Part shown: piece by piece, positions 51,141 through 64,000 of the stretch | Layout of the letters: each line of letters begins with the position of its first letter | Position numbering within the stretch: position 1 is the first letter of the stretch | Assembly (NCBI RefSeq): GCF_001194135.2 | Contig: NC_068986.1 | Span: 77,505,453-77,569,452, forward strand | Length of the DNA stretch: 64,000 bases | Direction of reading: 5' to 3' | From: Octopus bimaculoides | Taxonomy: Eukaryota | Program-made: the position numbers and the translations under genes | The notes under the pieces: model-generated | Databases searched by the model: none | What the model saw: only the letters and a program-made list of their open reading frames with translations | Told to the model about the DNA's origin: nothing

Positions 51141-51604
51141 AAGTCATAGTCGTGGCCGATGCTAGTGTCACATAACTGACACCTGTGCTGGTGGCATGTA
51201 AAAAACACCTTTCAAGTGTTGGGCCTCAAGAAGGCAAGGTGGCTAATGCTGGTGGCACACAAAATGCACCTTTTGAGTGTTGGGCCTCATGGAGGCAATG
51301 ACAAATGACTGAGACTTTTGGCATTATGCTGTGCTTGAGAAGAAGACCCATCAAACCAAGTAAAATCGTAGTCGTAGCAGATATTGGTGTCATGCAAATG
51401 GCACCCATGCCGGTAGCACATAAAAGCACCCATTACACTCTCAGAGTGGTTGGCATTAGAAAGGGCATCTAGTTGTTGAAACCATGCCAAATCAGACTGG
51501 AGTCTGGTGCAGCCTTTCAGCTTGCCAGCCCTGGTCAAACCATCCAACTCATGCTAGTATGGACAACAGATATTAAATGATGATGATGATTCAAGTTTAT
51601 TAAC

Positions 51605-51665
51605 TTTTTTGGTACCAACCTGCCTAAGACCCATCCCTAGTCTTAGGCAGGTTGGTATCAAAAAA
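51605..51665. repeat. 26-bp-stem hairpin (25/26 matched, 9-nt loop)
   Basis: ttttttggtaccaacctgcctaagac-ccatcccta-gtcttaggcaggttggtatcaaaaaa. Confidence 0.9.
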
Positions 51666-52437
51666 CTCCCTGCTTTAATATTATCACAATTAAAACCTTC
51701 CTTCAAAATTTCATGTAAATTTATGTTCTAAACACCAGCTTAATTAAGATGAAGTNNNNNNNNNNNNNNNNNNNNNNNNNNNNNNNNNNNNNNNNNNNNN
51801 NNNNNNNNNNNNNNNNNNNNNNNNNNNNNNNNNNNNNNNNNNNNNNNNNNNNNNNNNNNNNNNNNNNNNNNNNNNNNNNNNNNNNNNNNNNNNNNNNNNN
51901 NNNNNNNNNNNNNNNNNNNNNNNNNNNNNNNNNNNNNNNNNNNNNNNNNNNNNNNNNNNNNNNNNNNNNNNNNNNNNNNNNNNNNNNNNNNNNNNNNNNN
52001 NNNNNNNNNNNNNNNNNNNNNNNNNNNNNNNNNNNNNNNNNNNNNNNNNNNNNNNNNNNNNNNNNNNNNNNNNNNNNNNNNNNNNNNNNNNNNNNNNNNN
52101 NNNNNNNNNNNNNNNNNNNNNNNNNNNNNNNNNNNNNNNNNNNNNNNNNNNNNNNNNNNNNNNNNNNNNNNNNNNNNNNNNNNNNNNNNNNNNNNNNNNN
52201 NNNNNNNNNNNNNNNNNNNNNNNNNNNNNNNNNNNNNNNNNNNNNNNNNNNNNNNNNNNNNNNNNNNNNNNNNNNNNNNNNNNNNNNNNNNNNNNNNNNN
52301 NNNNNNNNNNNNNNNNNNNNNNNNNNNNNNNNNNNNNNNNNNNNNNNNNNNNNNNNNNNNNNNNNNNNNNNNNNNNNNNNNNNNNNNNNNNNNNNNNNNN
52401 NNNNNNNNNNNNNNNNNNNNNNNNNNNNNNNNNNNNN

Positions 52438-53625
52438 TTTGAATCATTTTGGAATCTATTTTGTTTTTCTTTTTAGTTAATTTTAGTTAATCTTTATTTT
52501 CAGATCATTAAAATGGAATGCCAAGTTAAGAAAAACGAGCATTTTCGACACCTCCTTCTTTTTGCTTTTAATCAAGGTTCTAAGGCTGCAAAAGCTGCTC
52601 ACGACATTTGTGCTGTGTATAGAGAGGCTGCCATAGCTGAAAGAACCGCTCGTGATTGGTATGCCAATTTTATAAATGGAAATTTTGACCTCAAAGACGC
52701 ACCTTGTTCTGGCCATCCTCTTCGATGAAGAGCGATTAAACCAACTTTTGCATGAAAATTCTCATCAAACGACAAGGGAACTGGCAGAAAAAATGGAATG
52801 TTCCCACACCACTATAGAGAAGCATCTTCATTCGATGGGAAAGGTTCAGAAGTATGGAGTATGGGTTCTGCATGTTTTAAGTAACAACAACAAAAATCAA
52901 TGAGCCAAAATCTCTGTTGGTTTGTTTGCTCGTCACTGCTCAACCCATGGACACAAGCAACGATTTTTTTACTGAATCATTACTGGTGACGAAAAATGGT
53001 GCCTGTACATCAATATGAAGCAGCGTAAGGAATGGCTTAGCCCAGGTAAACAAGTGACACCGCGCGTGAAGCAAGATCTTCATCCGTGTAAAATGATGTT
53101 GTCCATATGGTGGGACTGGGAAGGGATTATCCATTACGAATTGCTTGAATGGAACCAAATGGTCAATGTGAAACTCTATATTCAACAGATGGAACAACTC
53201 AACACGGCTATTCAAGAGAAAAGACCTAATCAGCAGCATGGAGTTCTTCTGCTGCATGACAACGACCGCCCTCATATCATCAAGGAAGCCATTCAAACAC
53301 ATGGCTGGGAAGTGCTGCCACACCCACTGTACTCTCCTGATTTGGCACCAATGGGTTCCACCTCTTTCGATCGCTTTCAAATGCTTTGTGTGGAGTTTCG
53401 TTGAATACTGATGCAGAATTGAGAGCTTGGTTGGATCAATTTTTTGAGTCGAAATCGGGTGATTTTTACCAACGAGGTATTGAAAATCTTGTTGAACGTT
53501 GGGGACAAGTTGTAAACAACAAGGGTGAATACATTATTGATTAATTAGTTGTTATTTTTTTATTAAACCTTTTAGAAAATTTAAATAAAAAAAAAAAAAC
53601 AGCGGGAACTTAGTTGCCAACCCAA
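52438..53625 (+). mobile_element. Dead mariner transposon, mellifera-subfamily-like; left end lies in a gap
   Basis: MECQVKKNEHFRHLLLFAFNQG..., TGDEKW, LLHDNDRPH and YSPDLAP, with frameshifts. The right TIR reverse complement is ttgggttggcaactaagttcccgctg, followed by TA. Confidence 0.9.
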
Positions 53626-55322
53626 TATATGTAATTCAAAATATAAATAATATAAAATAAATTCATATTTTTCAAAATGAAACAGAACTAACAGTAAGAT
53701 GGAAAATAAAACTTATTTTATATATGACTAAGTTTATTTATATTTCAAAAGTTTTCTCTGACTTTTCTTAATAACAGATTCTTTGATCAGATCCTCACTG
53801 TGGTACCGTGAACACTTTGAAATTATTTTTCCAACATATAAACCATTTTGAATATTATTTTAGCAAGTTTAAAGTGATTTCTTTTGCGCTACAAATCATT
53901 TACCATTTCTGTAGTGCCCCTTCCCCTTCTGTAATGCCCCTTTCCATGCTTATTTTACTTTATGGTTAATCCAGCACTGGTTGTACCTATATTAATATCC
54001 TTGAATTATTGAATATATTGTAACTGAGACTATACACCTGCACCTCTACCTTAAATATCATTAGTTATATTAATCCCAATCACAAATGTCATAACTAAAA
54101 GGAAATTGAAACATATTCACCAGTCTAAAATATCTTCACAATCAAATCTGTTGACTTATTAGACTGTCATTAGTTTTTAAATATTGCAACTAACCCAAAA
54201 TACAATTAACATAATTGATATAATCAGTATGTCCAGCCCGACATCTCTCAATGTTGGAGGCTTAAATATTCTTCTTTGGCTAACCAGGAAATATGAAGTT
54301 GAAATACATAAATTGCAAAATAAAACTTCTAAAATCTGGAAATCCTCACTTGATAATGACATTTCAAAAAATAATTTGCTAAGCTTAATTACTCAAAGAT
54401 ACCATCCAAGTAATTAACCTCTGTGATTAATTTTCTTTAAATATGCTAATTTTTAATGTTTATTCACTTACAGTATTATACATGTACTCAGTAATTCTCT
54501 TACCACTAATTTGGTATGTATGATGATGCCTAGAATTTGCTGAGGACTTCTAACAAAACTGAAACATATAAAGTTATCTCCCATACCTACCAAAATTATT
54601 TAAGTAATATAATATCAAATTAATGTTATATATTCCATATCACATAAATATTTCTAACTCTATAGATTATGTTCACTACCTTTAAATGTTAAAACTAACT
54701 TAACAATTGATAATGCCACCGGGTATCAAGTGGTTGTATTATTTTGATGAGACCAATAGAAAGACAAAATATGATTTCATTTCAGGCTTAGCAAAAACAC
54801 TTCCCCTAACCCAACTGTAACCATGTATTCTGATTCACTGCAAAGCACAGTTTTACGATCTTTGTTTTTTTTCTTTTTTTCTCTCTAACATAACTCAATC
54901 AAAATGAACCAATCAGCATGGAAATATCTTTGTAATTTTCTTTGCCCACAAATCTACTCTCTCTATCAGAAATGGATAAATAAAAAACAATAAAAAATTA
55001 AAAAAAGAAAGCAATCTCTTGCTCACCACCAATTTGTCAGTATCGAAGGGCAACAAATAAATATAAATGGTATATGTGCAGTTGGTTTCCATTTATAGTT
55101 AATGAGTTATTGTTGTGAGGGAAAAATCTAAAGGAGTATATAGTTTATCTGGAATTGTTTGGAAGAATTTGTCAAGATGACATTCCGATGTGTAAGGATT
55201 TGTTAGCTTTTTAATGCCCTTGAGAATAATATTGATTTCTTTTGATTTTTTTTAAAAAAGAATTATTGAAGTGAAGCTGAATCATTTGGTATTATAGAAC
55301 AGTTTTGTGTGTGTGTGTGTGT

Positions 55323-55359
<37 letters not shown>

Positions 55360-56778
55360 TGTGTGTATATGGTTTTTTTTTGTCGAATTTCAGAGTTGTT
55401 CATATTTGGTAAATGACTTGATCTGAGATTATATGATAAAATAGAAACAATTGCATCATGGAAGAGCCATTTTAGCCATTTAAAAATACACAAAAATTGT
55501 TAAATAGATTTTCATTTACTTTTGTACTTCTTATTAGTGTAATATACTATGATGTCTTAAAAGCCAGATTTGCTGTTTTCAATTCAGTCTTCATGCCAAT
55601 TCTCTCCTATAGTCATCAATGTTGAGGAATGAGACAAAAGAGTAAGATTACAAATACAAGCAGCGAAAATGGGGTTCCATTGAAAGATCTTGAGAATAGC
55701 ATTACTTAACAGGGTATATATCTCAGAGATCAGGAAAATCTTTGCAGGTCAAGATGCTATTTCTCTGTGCTGAGAAGTCACAGCTCTGGCATTAGGGACA
55801 AGTGATTAGAATGTTGCAGTAATGAATCACAAGATGGATTCTTTTAGGTGAGGTGACCAGCAACAATGACCATGAACGAGATGACTGGACAATATTCAAA
55901 GTCTCAGTTGGACATGCTTGGGACCCAGTTGGAAAATCTAATGACATTATTTCTGAGAGGATTCTATGGAAGACTCTAGTACTCTCTGGCACTCTCAGCA
56001 ATAATAGGCCAAGGTTTCTGCCAGAGGTTGACTTCCCCACTAAGTTTGACTTTCCACCTGAGGTTGACTTTCTGCCTGAGGTTGACTTTGCCTCTCATCC
56101 TTTCTGGGTCGATAAAATAAGTACCAGTTGAGCACTGGGGTTGATGTAATTGACTTACTTACTTCCCCCAAATTGCTGGCCTTGTGCCAAAATTTGAAAC
56201 TAACATTGGGGAAAGGAGATGGATAGATGAATGGACATCTTAAAATGCAATGCAGTGGAATTCTATCAATGATCAGGTCACACAAATGTGACAAGACTTT
56301 TTGACATTTCACAGCAGACAGTACTATCAAGAAATAAATGATAACAAATGTAATAGTTTTTGAATGTTCTTAAACAGATAAAGTGATTCTTTCATGAAGT
56401 AATTGCTTTCTATGAAGCAAAGTGGAAACCAATTTTATTGTGATTATAGAAGATTTTTCACATTATTAGGGAAATAATAAATCTTTGTCAATAGAACAAA
56501 TCAAAAAGCTGATAACATTTAGGCAAACCCAGAAGTTAAAACCAAACACATTATTTATTTTTGTCATTATTATATCTTATTTGATGCAGCAGTATTTCTT
56601 CAAAAGGATAAATAGATATAGACATAGCCGTGTGGTTAAGAAGTTCACTTCAGAATCATATGGTTAAGGGTTCAATTCCACTACATTATGAATGTTGTCA
56701 GCTGGCATTCTATACTACAGCCAAGGATTAACCAATACTTTGTGAGTGAAACTGGTAAACAGAAACTGAAGAGGCTTG

Positions 56779-56826
<48 letters not shown>

Positions 56827-57689
56827 GTGTGTGTGTGGATATGCAGCTAAATATATATGCCTGTGTATCTGTGTGTGCACATGTATTTGAGAGAGTGAGT
56901 TTTTATTTCTCCTTGTTTTTATGTATCGTTTGCAGGCAGTCAACTGCCAAAGCATGTCCAGGCTCTTTGACATGCCTTCACATGTTATGTGATCTTTGTA
57001 AAGAATAGAAAAAGGCTGTTTATTGTTTAAGGGATTATTAGGTTGCAGCTGGTGATTGGAACAGCATCTGGCCATAGAAAAAATCTGCCTCAGCAAATTC
57101 CATCTGACCCATTCAAGAATGGAAAAGTGGAAGCTAAAGTAATGATGATGATAATTCCATATCCCATGTGGATGTTAGGAAGATGATAAAATTTTACTTA
57201 AAAACTGAGAGCTGAAAGACATTTTCTAAAAGGTAACAAGTATGGTTGTTTATTTTTTTTTGATTTCAAAACTGTTGGTTAAGCCCAACTGTATATGATT
57301 TTGGTTGTATCACCAAAAGATGATGTAAAAGAATCAGACTGAAATTAAACAACATTCTATGAATTTTGCCTTACTTTGTAGGACATTCCAAATCATTATT
57401 AGATGCAAAAGAAAGATTAGAATCCATTGCAGTTTTCAATGAAGCAGACAACACTTGCAGCTTTCATTTAATTAACGATGCATACACTCTAGTACTAATG
57501 ATATGCTTGCTCCTTCAAATCAGAAAAATCAAGTTTACTCTTAATAATTACTCAAAGGGAAATTTCTGTGCATGTATGTGTATGTGCATATACTTTGGGG
57601 ATTCCCCACCACACAAATGAACTTTGGGGTCTTTCCTTTAGAAGACTGATGTAACTTCACCGCATTTCTTTTAATATATGTAAAATAGT

Positions 57690-58486
57690 AAGGCAGCGAG
57701 ATAGCAGAAATGTTAGCATGCTGGGTGAAATGCTTAGCAATATTTTGTCTGCCGTTACATTCTGAGTTCAAATTCTGCCAAGGTCAACTTTGCCTTTCAT
57801 CCTTTCAGGGTCGATAAATTAAGTACCAGGTGCATACTGGGGTCAATCTAATTGACTGGCTCCCTCCCCCCAAATTTCGGGCCTTGTGCCTAGATTAGAA
57901 AAGAATATATATAAAATAGTAAAGGTGGTAAGCTGGCAGAATTGTTAGCACACCAGGCAAAATGCTTACCAGCATTTTGTCTATCTTTATGTTCTGGGTT
58001 CAAATACTGCCAGGGTTCACTTTGTCTTTCATCCTTTTGGTGGTCGATAAAATAAGTACCAGTTGATCACTGATTTTGCCCCTCTCTTGAAATTGCTGGC
58101 CTTGTACCAAAATTTGAAACTAATATATCTAAATTGTTGTGTCTTTCCTTACTTCCTGACCTTACTATGTTTTTAATTCTAACTATATATACACTATTCA
58201 TTCACCTCTCTTTCTCTCTACATGTTTGTCTTTTTTTTTGAACTTTCACCAAGATTTTCATGCAGCATTTCAAAAGTCAGAAAGGAAGCCTCCATACAAG
58301 TGCTTGACTTATTAGATGCCAACCTGTGCATGTTTTTCAAGTGTTACTTTATTGTACTGTTCTTTCACACATCAAACTGTAGTGAACTGTGTGACATTTT
58401 CTTTATGTGGGACATAAACAAACTTACCATTGCCCAAGCAGTGGCAATAGACACACACACACACGCACACACACACACACACGCAC

Positions 58487-58526
<40 letters not shown>

Positions 58527-60050
58527 ACATGTTTATGTGTGTATATGAATCTATCTCTCTCTATCTATCTATTTGTATGTATGTATGTATATATGTATGT
58601 GTGCATATATCATCATCATTGTCATTGTTATTTAATGCCTGTTTTCCTTGATGGTATGGGTTGAGATAGTTCACCAGGAGCTGGCAGGCCAGAAGACTGC
58701 ACCAAGCTCCATTATCTTCTTCTTTAGAATGGTTTCTATGATTGGATGCTCTCCCTAATTCCAACCACCTTACAGAGTGTACTAGATGCCTTTTATGTGG
58801 CACCAGCATTTGTGAGGCCACCAAATAATTTGCAAATCAACTCACACACACACACACAAACACAGACAACACACATACGCACGCACACACGCATGCGCGC
58901 ACACACGCATGCGCGCACACACGCATGCGCGCACACACACATGTACACACACATGTACACACACGTACACATATAAGAAGGTTGCCTACACAGTTTCCAT
59001 CTCCCAAATTTCACTTAAAGCTGACAATGCAATATTCTTTTCTACTCTAGGCACAAGACCTGAAATTTTTGGAGAGGAGGGAAAGTCGATTAGATCGACC
59101 CCAGCATGCAACTGGTACTTAATTTATTGACCCCCCAAAAGGATGAAAGACAAAGTCGACCTTGGCAAAATTTGAACTCAGAATGTAAAGACAGATGAGA
59201 TACTGCTAAACATTTCACCCGGCGTGCTAACGTTTCTACGAGCTTGCTGCCTTACTTACACAGCCAATGAAATATTGATTTCAAATTTGGGCATAAGGTC
59301 AGCAATTTCTGTGGATGGCGTAAGTTGATTACATTGACCCCGTTGCATAACTGGTACTTATTTTATTGACCTCAAAAAGATGAAAGGCCAAGTCAGCTTC
59401 GTTAGAATTTTAACTCAAAATGCAACAAGAGCACTCAGAAAGCACAAACCTTAGCCAAGGCAACGGTTAGCCAGAAATGATTTTTTAAATGAGAATATCT
59501 GAAATGAACTTGACCGCTCTCACAAACAAGAATACTAAAAATGAACCTGACGGCTCTCAAAAATTAAGCAAAAAAACAGGAAAAATAACCCAGAACCCTT
59601 GTCTGGTACCAGATCAATCCCAAAATCTAATCAGTTCCTTCCAGTCACGGGACCAAACATTCCTGAAAATTTAATCCAAATCCATCTAGCAGTTCTTGAG
59701 ATATCTTGTCCATGGACAAACAAACAAACAAACGAACACAGCTGAAAACAATACCTCTGCATTAGGAAAGGTGGAGGTAAAGATGGACAAAATGCCACTA
59801 AGCATTTTGTCTGGCATGCTAATGATTCTGCTAGCTCATTGCCTCATAGCCAAAGAAATATTCTTTTCTTTGACCCAAGGTCAGCAATTTTGAGGATGGG
59901 AAAGTCAATTACATTGACCTTGTTGCATAACTGGTACTTATCTTATTGACCCTGTAAGGATGAAAGGTAAAGACAACATTGGTAGAATTTGAATACAGAA
60001 CATAAAGACAGACAAAATGCCTTTTACCTGGCGTGCTAACAATCATATAA
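57690..60050. mobile_element. Cluster of tRNA-derived SINEs of a third family (tandem pair 57690-58130 +, three copies 59040-60050 -)
   Basis: Repeated ggcgag..ggcagaa...ttctgagttcaaattc...ctttcatcctttcggggtcgataaa.aagtacc core. Confidence 0.75.
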
Positions 60051-60184
60051 TAATTAGATTATTGTAGGTTATCTGCACACATAGAAGATGTGCAACACTA
60101 CATGTTGTTATACATGGCATTCCAAGTATTTTAAGACAATTTAGGTCCCCAAATCAATTTGCATCATATGCATGGATTTTTGTC

Positions 60185-60385
60185 ATATCTCTATCACTCT
60201 CTCTCTTTCTCCTCTCTCTCTCTTTCTCCTCTCTCTTTCTTTCTCCTCTCTCTCTCTTTCTCCTCTCTCTTTCTTTCTCCTCTCTCTCTTTCTCCTCTCT
60301 CTCTCTTTCTCCTCTCTCTCTCTCCTTCTCCTCTCTCTCTCTCGCCTTCTTCTCTCTCTCTCTTTCTCCTCTCTCTCTCTCTTTC
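60185..60385. repeat. ~200-bp (CT)n/CTTT homopyrimidine tract
   Basis: Direct inspection. Confidence 0.9.
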
Positions 60386-62553
60386 TTCAGCTTTGACACC
60401 TGGAAATAGGTGGTCTTGCTACACCAAAGGAAGATGATGGAAAACAAAGCTGAAATGACAATGAACACTAAAATGAAGCTGAGTGTTTCACATTAAACTG
60501 TCACCCATTCGAGTGTTTTAAAGTGTTATGCTGCTTTAATATCAACAACAAGAACAACAACAACAACAACAACAAAAAATACAAAGACGATTCCACTCTT
60601 ACACTGTTACACCTCTTTTGTTTCACACGGTTACAGTTTGAAAATCCATATTCCAATAAATCCATGTGGCAATCAATGGACTACTACTACTACTACTAAT
60701 ACCACCACCACTACAACCACTGCTGCTGCTTGCTGCTTGCTGCTGCAGCTGTTACTACTACTACTACTACTACTGCCACCACTGCAGCCGCCATCACTGC
60801 CACTGCCGTGGCAACTAATAATGATGGTGATAATAATAAAAACTAGCAATTGCGAGGAGGAGTTAGTCAATGACATCAATGACTTGACTGGCACCACTAC
60901 TATTACTGATTATTTTTAATACAGGCACAAGGCCAGAAGTTTCAGGGTTAGTATTAAGTTGATTAAATTGACTCTAGTACTTGACTGGTACTTTATTCTA
61001 CGAACTCAAGGCTATTGTAGAAGACAGTGGCTCAAGGTTTCACCGGTGGAATTTAATCAGGAACCATTCAATTGCACAGCAAACGTCTTAACAGATCCAC
61101 ATGCAGGAAAATATACAGTAAAATGCTTACTGGGGATTTGAACTTAAAACCTGTAAGTCAGTAGTTCAAGACTATATCCTATTAACCATTTCATTTCTTA
61201 ATATCAAGTCATTGAAGGAGCTACTGTGTTGTTGCTCCAACTGCTAAAAATAGTAGCAAAACCTTTCCTCAAATTAAACCCTACCATTGTGAAAAGAGAG
61301 GAACACATTGATTGGTGTAGCCCTAGATGCACATTGTCAGAGAGAAAGACAAGATGGTCATGACTGGAATACTTTTGATCATAAATCTACAGTCAAGGTT
61401 GCCTGAGCCTTAGTATACACATAATCAAAGTTGTTTCAGTTATTGCCATTCTGCCTCTTTCTTTTTTCAGACATAGAATACCTGTGACTACCTTATCCAA
61501 TGTGTAGTTGTTGCCGTGAAGGTATGAGGCTTAGTGGTTAAGGTGTTTGGCTAATGGTCGCAAGGTCAAGAGTTCAATTCTTGGTGATGCGTTGTGTCCT
61601 TGAGCAAGTCACTTTATTTCTCATTGCTCCAGTCCACTCAGCTGGCAAAAATGAATAGTACTTGTATTTCAAAGAGCCAGTCTTGTCATACTCTGTCACA
61701 CTGAATCTCTCTGAGAACTATGTTAAGGGTACATATGTTGGTGGAGAGCTCAGTTACATATACACTGATTTCACAAGGAAGCTGTTCTGTTGATTGGGTC
61801 AACTGGAACCCTCATCATCATAACTGGCTGAGTGCCAGTTAGTTAGAGTGCCAGTTAGTTAGAGTGCCAGTTAGTTAGAAGATGAGGCTGTGTGGTCAAG
61901 AAGCTTGCATCCTAATCAAATGGGCTTGGGTTTCATTTCCAGTCTTTCATGAATAACATGCCTGGAATCAGGTGAGGGTTGGCAACAGGAAGGGTGTTCA
62001 GCTGTAGAAAATTTGCCATAAAAATTCCATTTGACCCATGCAAGCATAGAAAAGTGGGTATTAAATGATGATGATGATGATGTATTTCCCTTTTTGAAAA
62101 TCCTTATCATTTTAAAAGAAGACGTGGCTGATAATTCTAGTAGGTTCTCTCATTGATTCATTGCTGTTGTTGTGACTGTTATTGTAGAATAGCCTATGGT
62201 CACCCTGTCACTTTTGCTTAAGTATATTTACAGTAGTGAGAAAGGTAGGTAATCAGAGAATCATTCTACTAAGGACCTCTATACCCACAATGAGAAATAC
62301 ATCCTCTGCATTGGTCAGCCTACATTGGTAACCAATGAAAGAGCATAAAATGCCTAAAAAATGGTGGTGAAAGTTTTCAAAACTATCAATTCTCAAGCTG
62401 TTTTTATATCTGAAAGTCACATTGAATTAGTTATAATCACCTGAGTAAATAAAGAATATTTTATTAAGTATATAAAAAAATTTAATTACATTTATTATAA
62501 AAATGCAATTATAAATATTAAAGTATGAAATGAAATTGTAATCTGACCTTTCA

Positions 62554-62605
<52 letters not shown>

Positions 62606-63271
62606 TATATATACATACACACATACATACCTACATACACACAGCACACATACACACACATATATACACACATATATATATGCATATATATACATATATA
62701 TATATATATACATACATACATNNNNNNNNNNTACATACACACATATATATATATATATATATACACATACATATATACACATTCTTACATACACATATTA
62801 AAAGATCAGTTTACAACTTCATTTCATAATTTAATATTTATAATTACCTGCCTGTCTGTTTCTGTCTGTATCTCTCTTTCTCTATCTATCTATCTATCTG
62901 TCTATTAATCAATGTATTTATACAGACCATATAAAATCAGGTGGCATGAGAGGCAAATATATTTATTTAACTATTTGAAATCTGTAGGATTACAGCTGTT
63001 TCACAACCGTCATCATGTAATAATAATTTCAGTGTATAACGAATTATTTTATGTGCCTGCACCAATATGAATGCTACACATTGCATTGTACAGTTGTATA
63101 TTTACAAATCAAGGCAGATATAGAAGGATAGCTCTTCAAATCACCAGAACATAATGGTTACACTAATGCTTTAACACTAATGCAGAGTTTTTTTATAAAT
63201 TCTGTGCAAGTATTTTCTTTTTTACTGATCTTTAGCTTTCTGTTGACATCTGCTGGGCAACTACAGTTCTA

Positions 63272-63660
63272 TATTTAAGAGATGAGGAATTATGTACATT
63301 ATTTACATTATTACATTTGATGGATATTTGTCCTCATCCTCTTCAGGTGTCTTGGGGAAATTTCGAACCTGGGTTCTCATTCCTAAGGTATTTTTCGATG
63401 TTATTATTATTATTGTTCAGGTCACTGCTTGGAATTGAACTCTTAACCACTATGCCATATGGCCGTGGGCAATTGTGGAATGAATTTTAGGGCTTATAAA
63501 TCTAATATTTTTCTATCCTTCCTTAATACCGGTTCCCATATGCTGCTCATACCTGCACTTGGTCTGCTTAGGAGGTTGTTGTGTCCTAGCCTATGTGCTC
63601 CTTCTTTTAGTTTTTGTATTTTCCAGTGATGTTCTCTGTCTATTATTTTAACTTCATCAC
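63272..63660 (-). mobile_element. Penelope inverted pLTR: endonuclease C-terminus, stop codon and 3' UTR
   Basis: DEVKIIDREHHWKIQKLKEGAHRLGHNNLLSRPSAGMSSIWEPVL...*, followed by the same UTR as 47065-47270 but with the hammerhead-core segment deleted. Confidence 0.8.
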
Positions 63661-63689
63661 ACAGGGTGATGAAGTTAAAATATCTCCTT

Positions 63690-64000
63690 CGAGTAAAACC
63701 ACCAATAGAAGAGAATATGACCAAAGACTGCGTGTACTCCATCCCATGCAGCTGTTGGTTATACAAAGGCGAAACATGCCACCCCTTCAAAATAAGGGTA
63801 GACGAACATAGCAAAGCTGTGACATGAGGAGATATTGATAAATTGGGTATAGCTGATCGTGTATGGAAAATGGAGACACCTCCCCTCTGGGATGAAGTTA
63901 AAATAATAGACAGAGAACACCACTGGAAAATACGAAAACTAAAAGAAGCAGCACATATGCTAGGACACAACAACCTCCTTAGCAAACCGTGTGCAGATAT
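63690..64000 (+). mobile_element. Penelope GIY-YIG endonuclease fragment running off the window
   Basis: ENMTKDCVYSIPCSC...YKGET...KIRVDEH...WDEVKIIDREHHWKIRKLKEAAHMLG, with one stop. Confidence 0.82.

Noticed and set aside
57375-57460. 86-nt AG...GTAAG-bounded segment, open in phase 0 (LQVLSASLKT...)
   Set aside because: The acceptor has no pyrimidine tract, there is no Cav3 similarity, and the phase-1 reading needed to pair with the 28-nt candidate contains TAA.
62330-62400. Minus-strand FENFHHH resembling the IIIS6 VVENFHKC motif
   Set aside because: The four-residue match has no flanking similarity and the frame stops nearby.
904-63000. Most ORF-track entries ([12 protein letters not shown], poly-L/Y/T/M)
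   Set aside because: They are translations of di-, tri- and tetranucleotide microsatellites.

Overview
Eukaryotic, AT-rich, microsatellite- and SINE-dense genomic DNA with 11 N gaps. The repeat landscape looks like a coleoid cephalopod, probably Octopus (inference). The whole window appears to lie inside one minus-strand gene for a T-type voltage-gated calcium channel alpha-1 subunit (Cav3; CACNA1G/H/I family). Six phase-compatible GT-AG exons encode the end of the III-IV linker and all of domain IV: 31863-31712, 26598-26489, 22290-22160, 20398-20249, 16489-16368 and 10768-10613. Two of these (110 and 122 nt) are absent from the ORF track. The neighbouring exons on either side are not visible. 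The rest is intron filled with dead mariner/maT transposons, RTE-like and REL-type LINE fragments, Penelope-like elements, MITEs and tRNA-derived SINEs. Most notable: (1) a ~36-bp minisatellite that looks like a reiterated copy of a channel exon's 5' splice junction; (2) a genomic Gln codon (CAA) in the domain IV pore helix where Cav3 channels normally have Arg, a candidate A-to-I recoding site; (3) a 91-bp near-perfect hairpin carrying hammerhead-ribozyme-like cores, plus another core nearby; (4) a candidate 28-nt microexon and a probable 3' splice site cut by a gap in the >32 kb III-IV linker intron; (5) a (TAT)24 repeat abutting a splice acceptor; (6) a LINE with twin-priming-type 5' inversion geometry. 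No prokaryotic features or CRISPR arrays. Coordinates, counts and alignments were made by eye.
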